Assembly: GCA_037834085.1 (NCBI GenBank)
Contig: JBBMKC010201716.1
Coordinates: 1 to 35,716 of the forward strand
Direction: 5' to 3'
DNA: 35,716 nucleotides
Origin: Bipalium vagum
Taxonomy: Eukaryota
This document shows positions 35,640-35,716 of the stretch, piece by piece. Position 1 is the first letter of the stretch. Each line of letters begins with the position of its first letter. Position numbers and translations under genes: made by a program. Under the pieces are notes generated by a model. It saw nothing but the letters and a program-made list of their open reading frames with translations. It was not told the DNA's origin and searched no databases.

Positions 35640-35716
35640 AATAATTTTAATAATTTTAATAATTTTAATAATTTTAATAATTTTAATAATTTTAATAATT
35701 TTAATAATTTTAATAA
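35640..35716 (+). repeat. 9-bp tandem repeat (AATAATTTT)n, about 8.5 copies, running off the window end
   Basis: Perfect tandem units through the last base. Confidence 0.97.

Noticed and set aside
35640-35716. Terminal repeat as a telomere or CRISPR array
   Set aside because: It is a pure AT 9-mer with no G-rich telomeric unit and no spacers.

Overview
Very AT-rich eukaryotic (animal) scaffold DNA with one 131-N gap. It is probably from a flatworm such as a planarian; this is inferred from composition, the (AAT)n repeats, the mariner load and the channel type, not proven. The only clear host gene is the first coding exon (177 codons, minus strand, 16602-16072) of a DEG/ENaC-family (FaNaC/ASIC/ENaC-like) sodium channel, whose conserved pre-TM1 HG motif reads RG. 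I found no convincing downstream exon in the remaining 16 kb. The rest is a transposon graveyard: about 20 separate decayed Tc1/mariner/pogo relics, hAT pieces, LTR-retrotransposon gag/pol/LTR remnants, and a Penelope-like GIY-YIG 3' fragment. Best hidden signals: (1) an intact minimal type I hammerhead ribozyme behind the decayed Penelope fragment (21487-21528, minus); (2) a 1.4-kb chimeric element with near-perfect mariner TIRs and TA target duplications whose interior is mostly pogo/Tigger transposase; (3) the RG-type channel and its apparently very large, TE-filled first intron. I saw no CRISPR, rRNA, credible tRNA or prokaryotic features, and the sequence alone does not establish a wholly new system. 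All translations were done by eye, and the ends of decayed elements are approximate.
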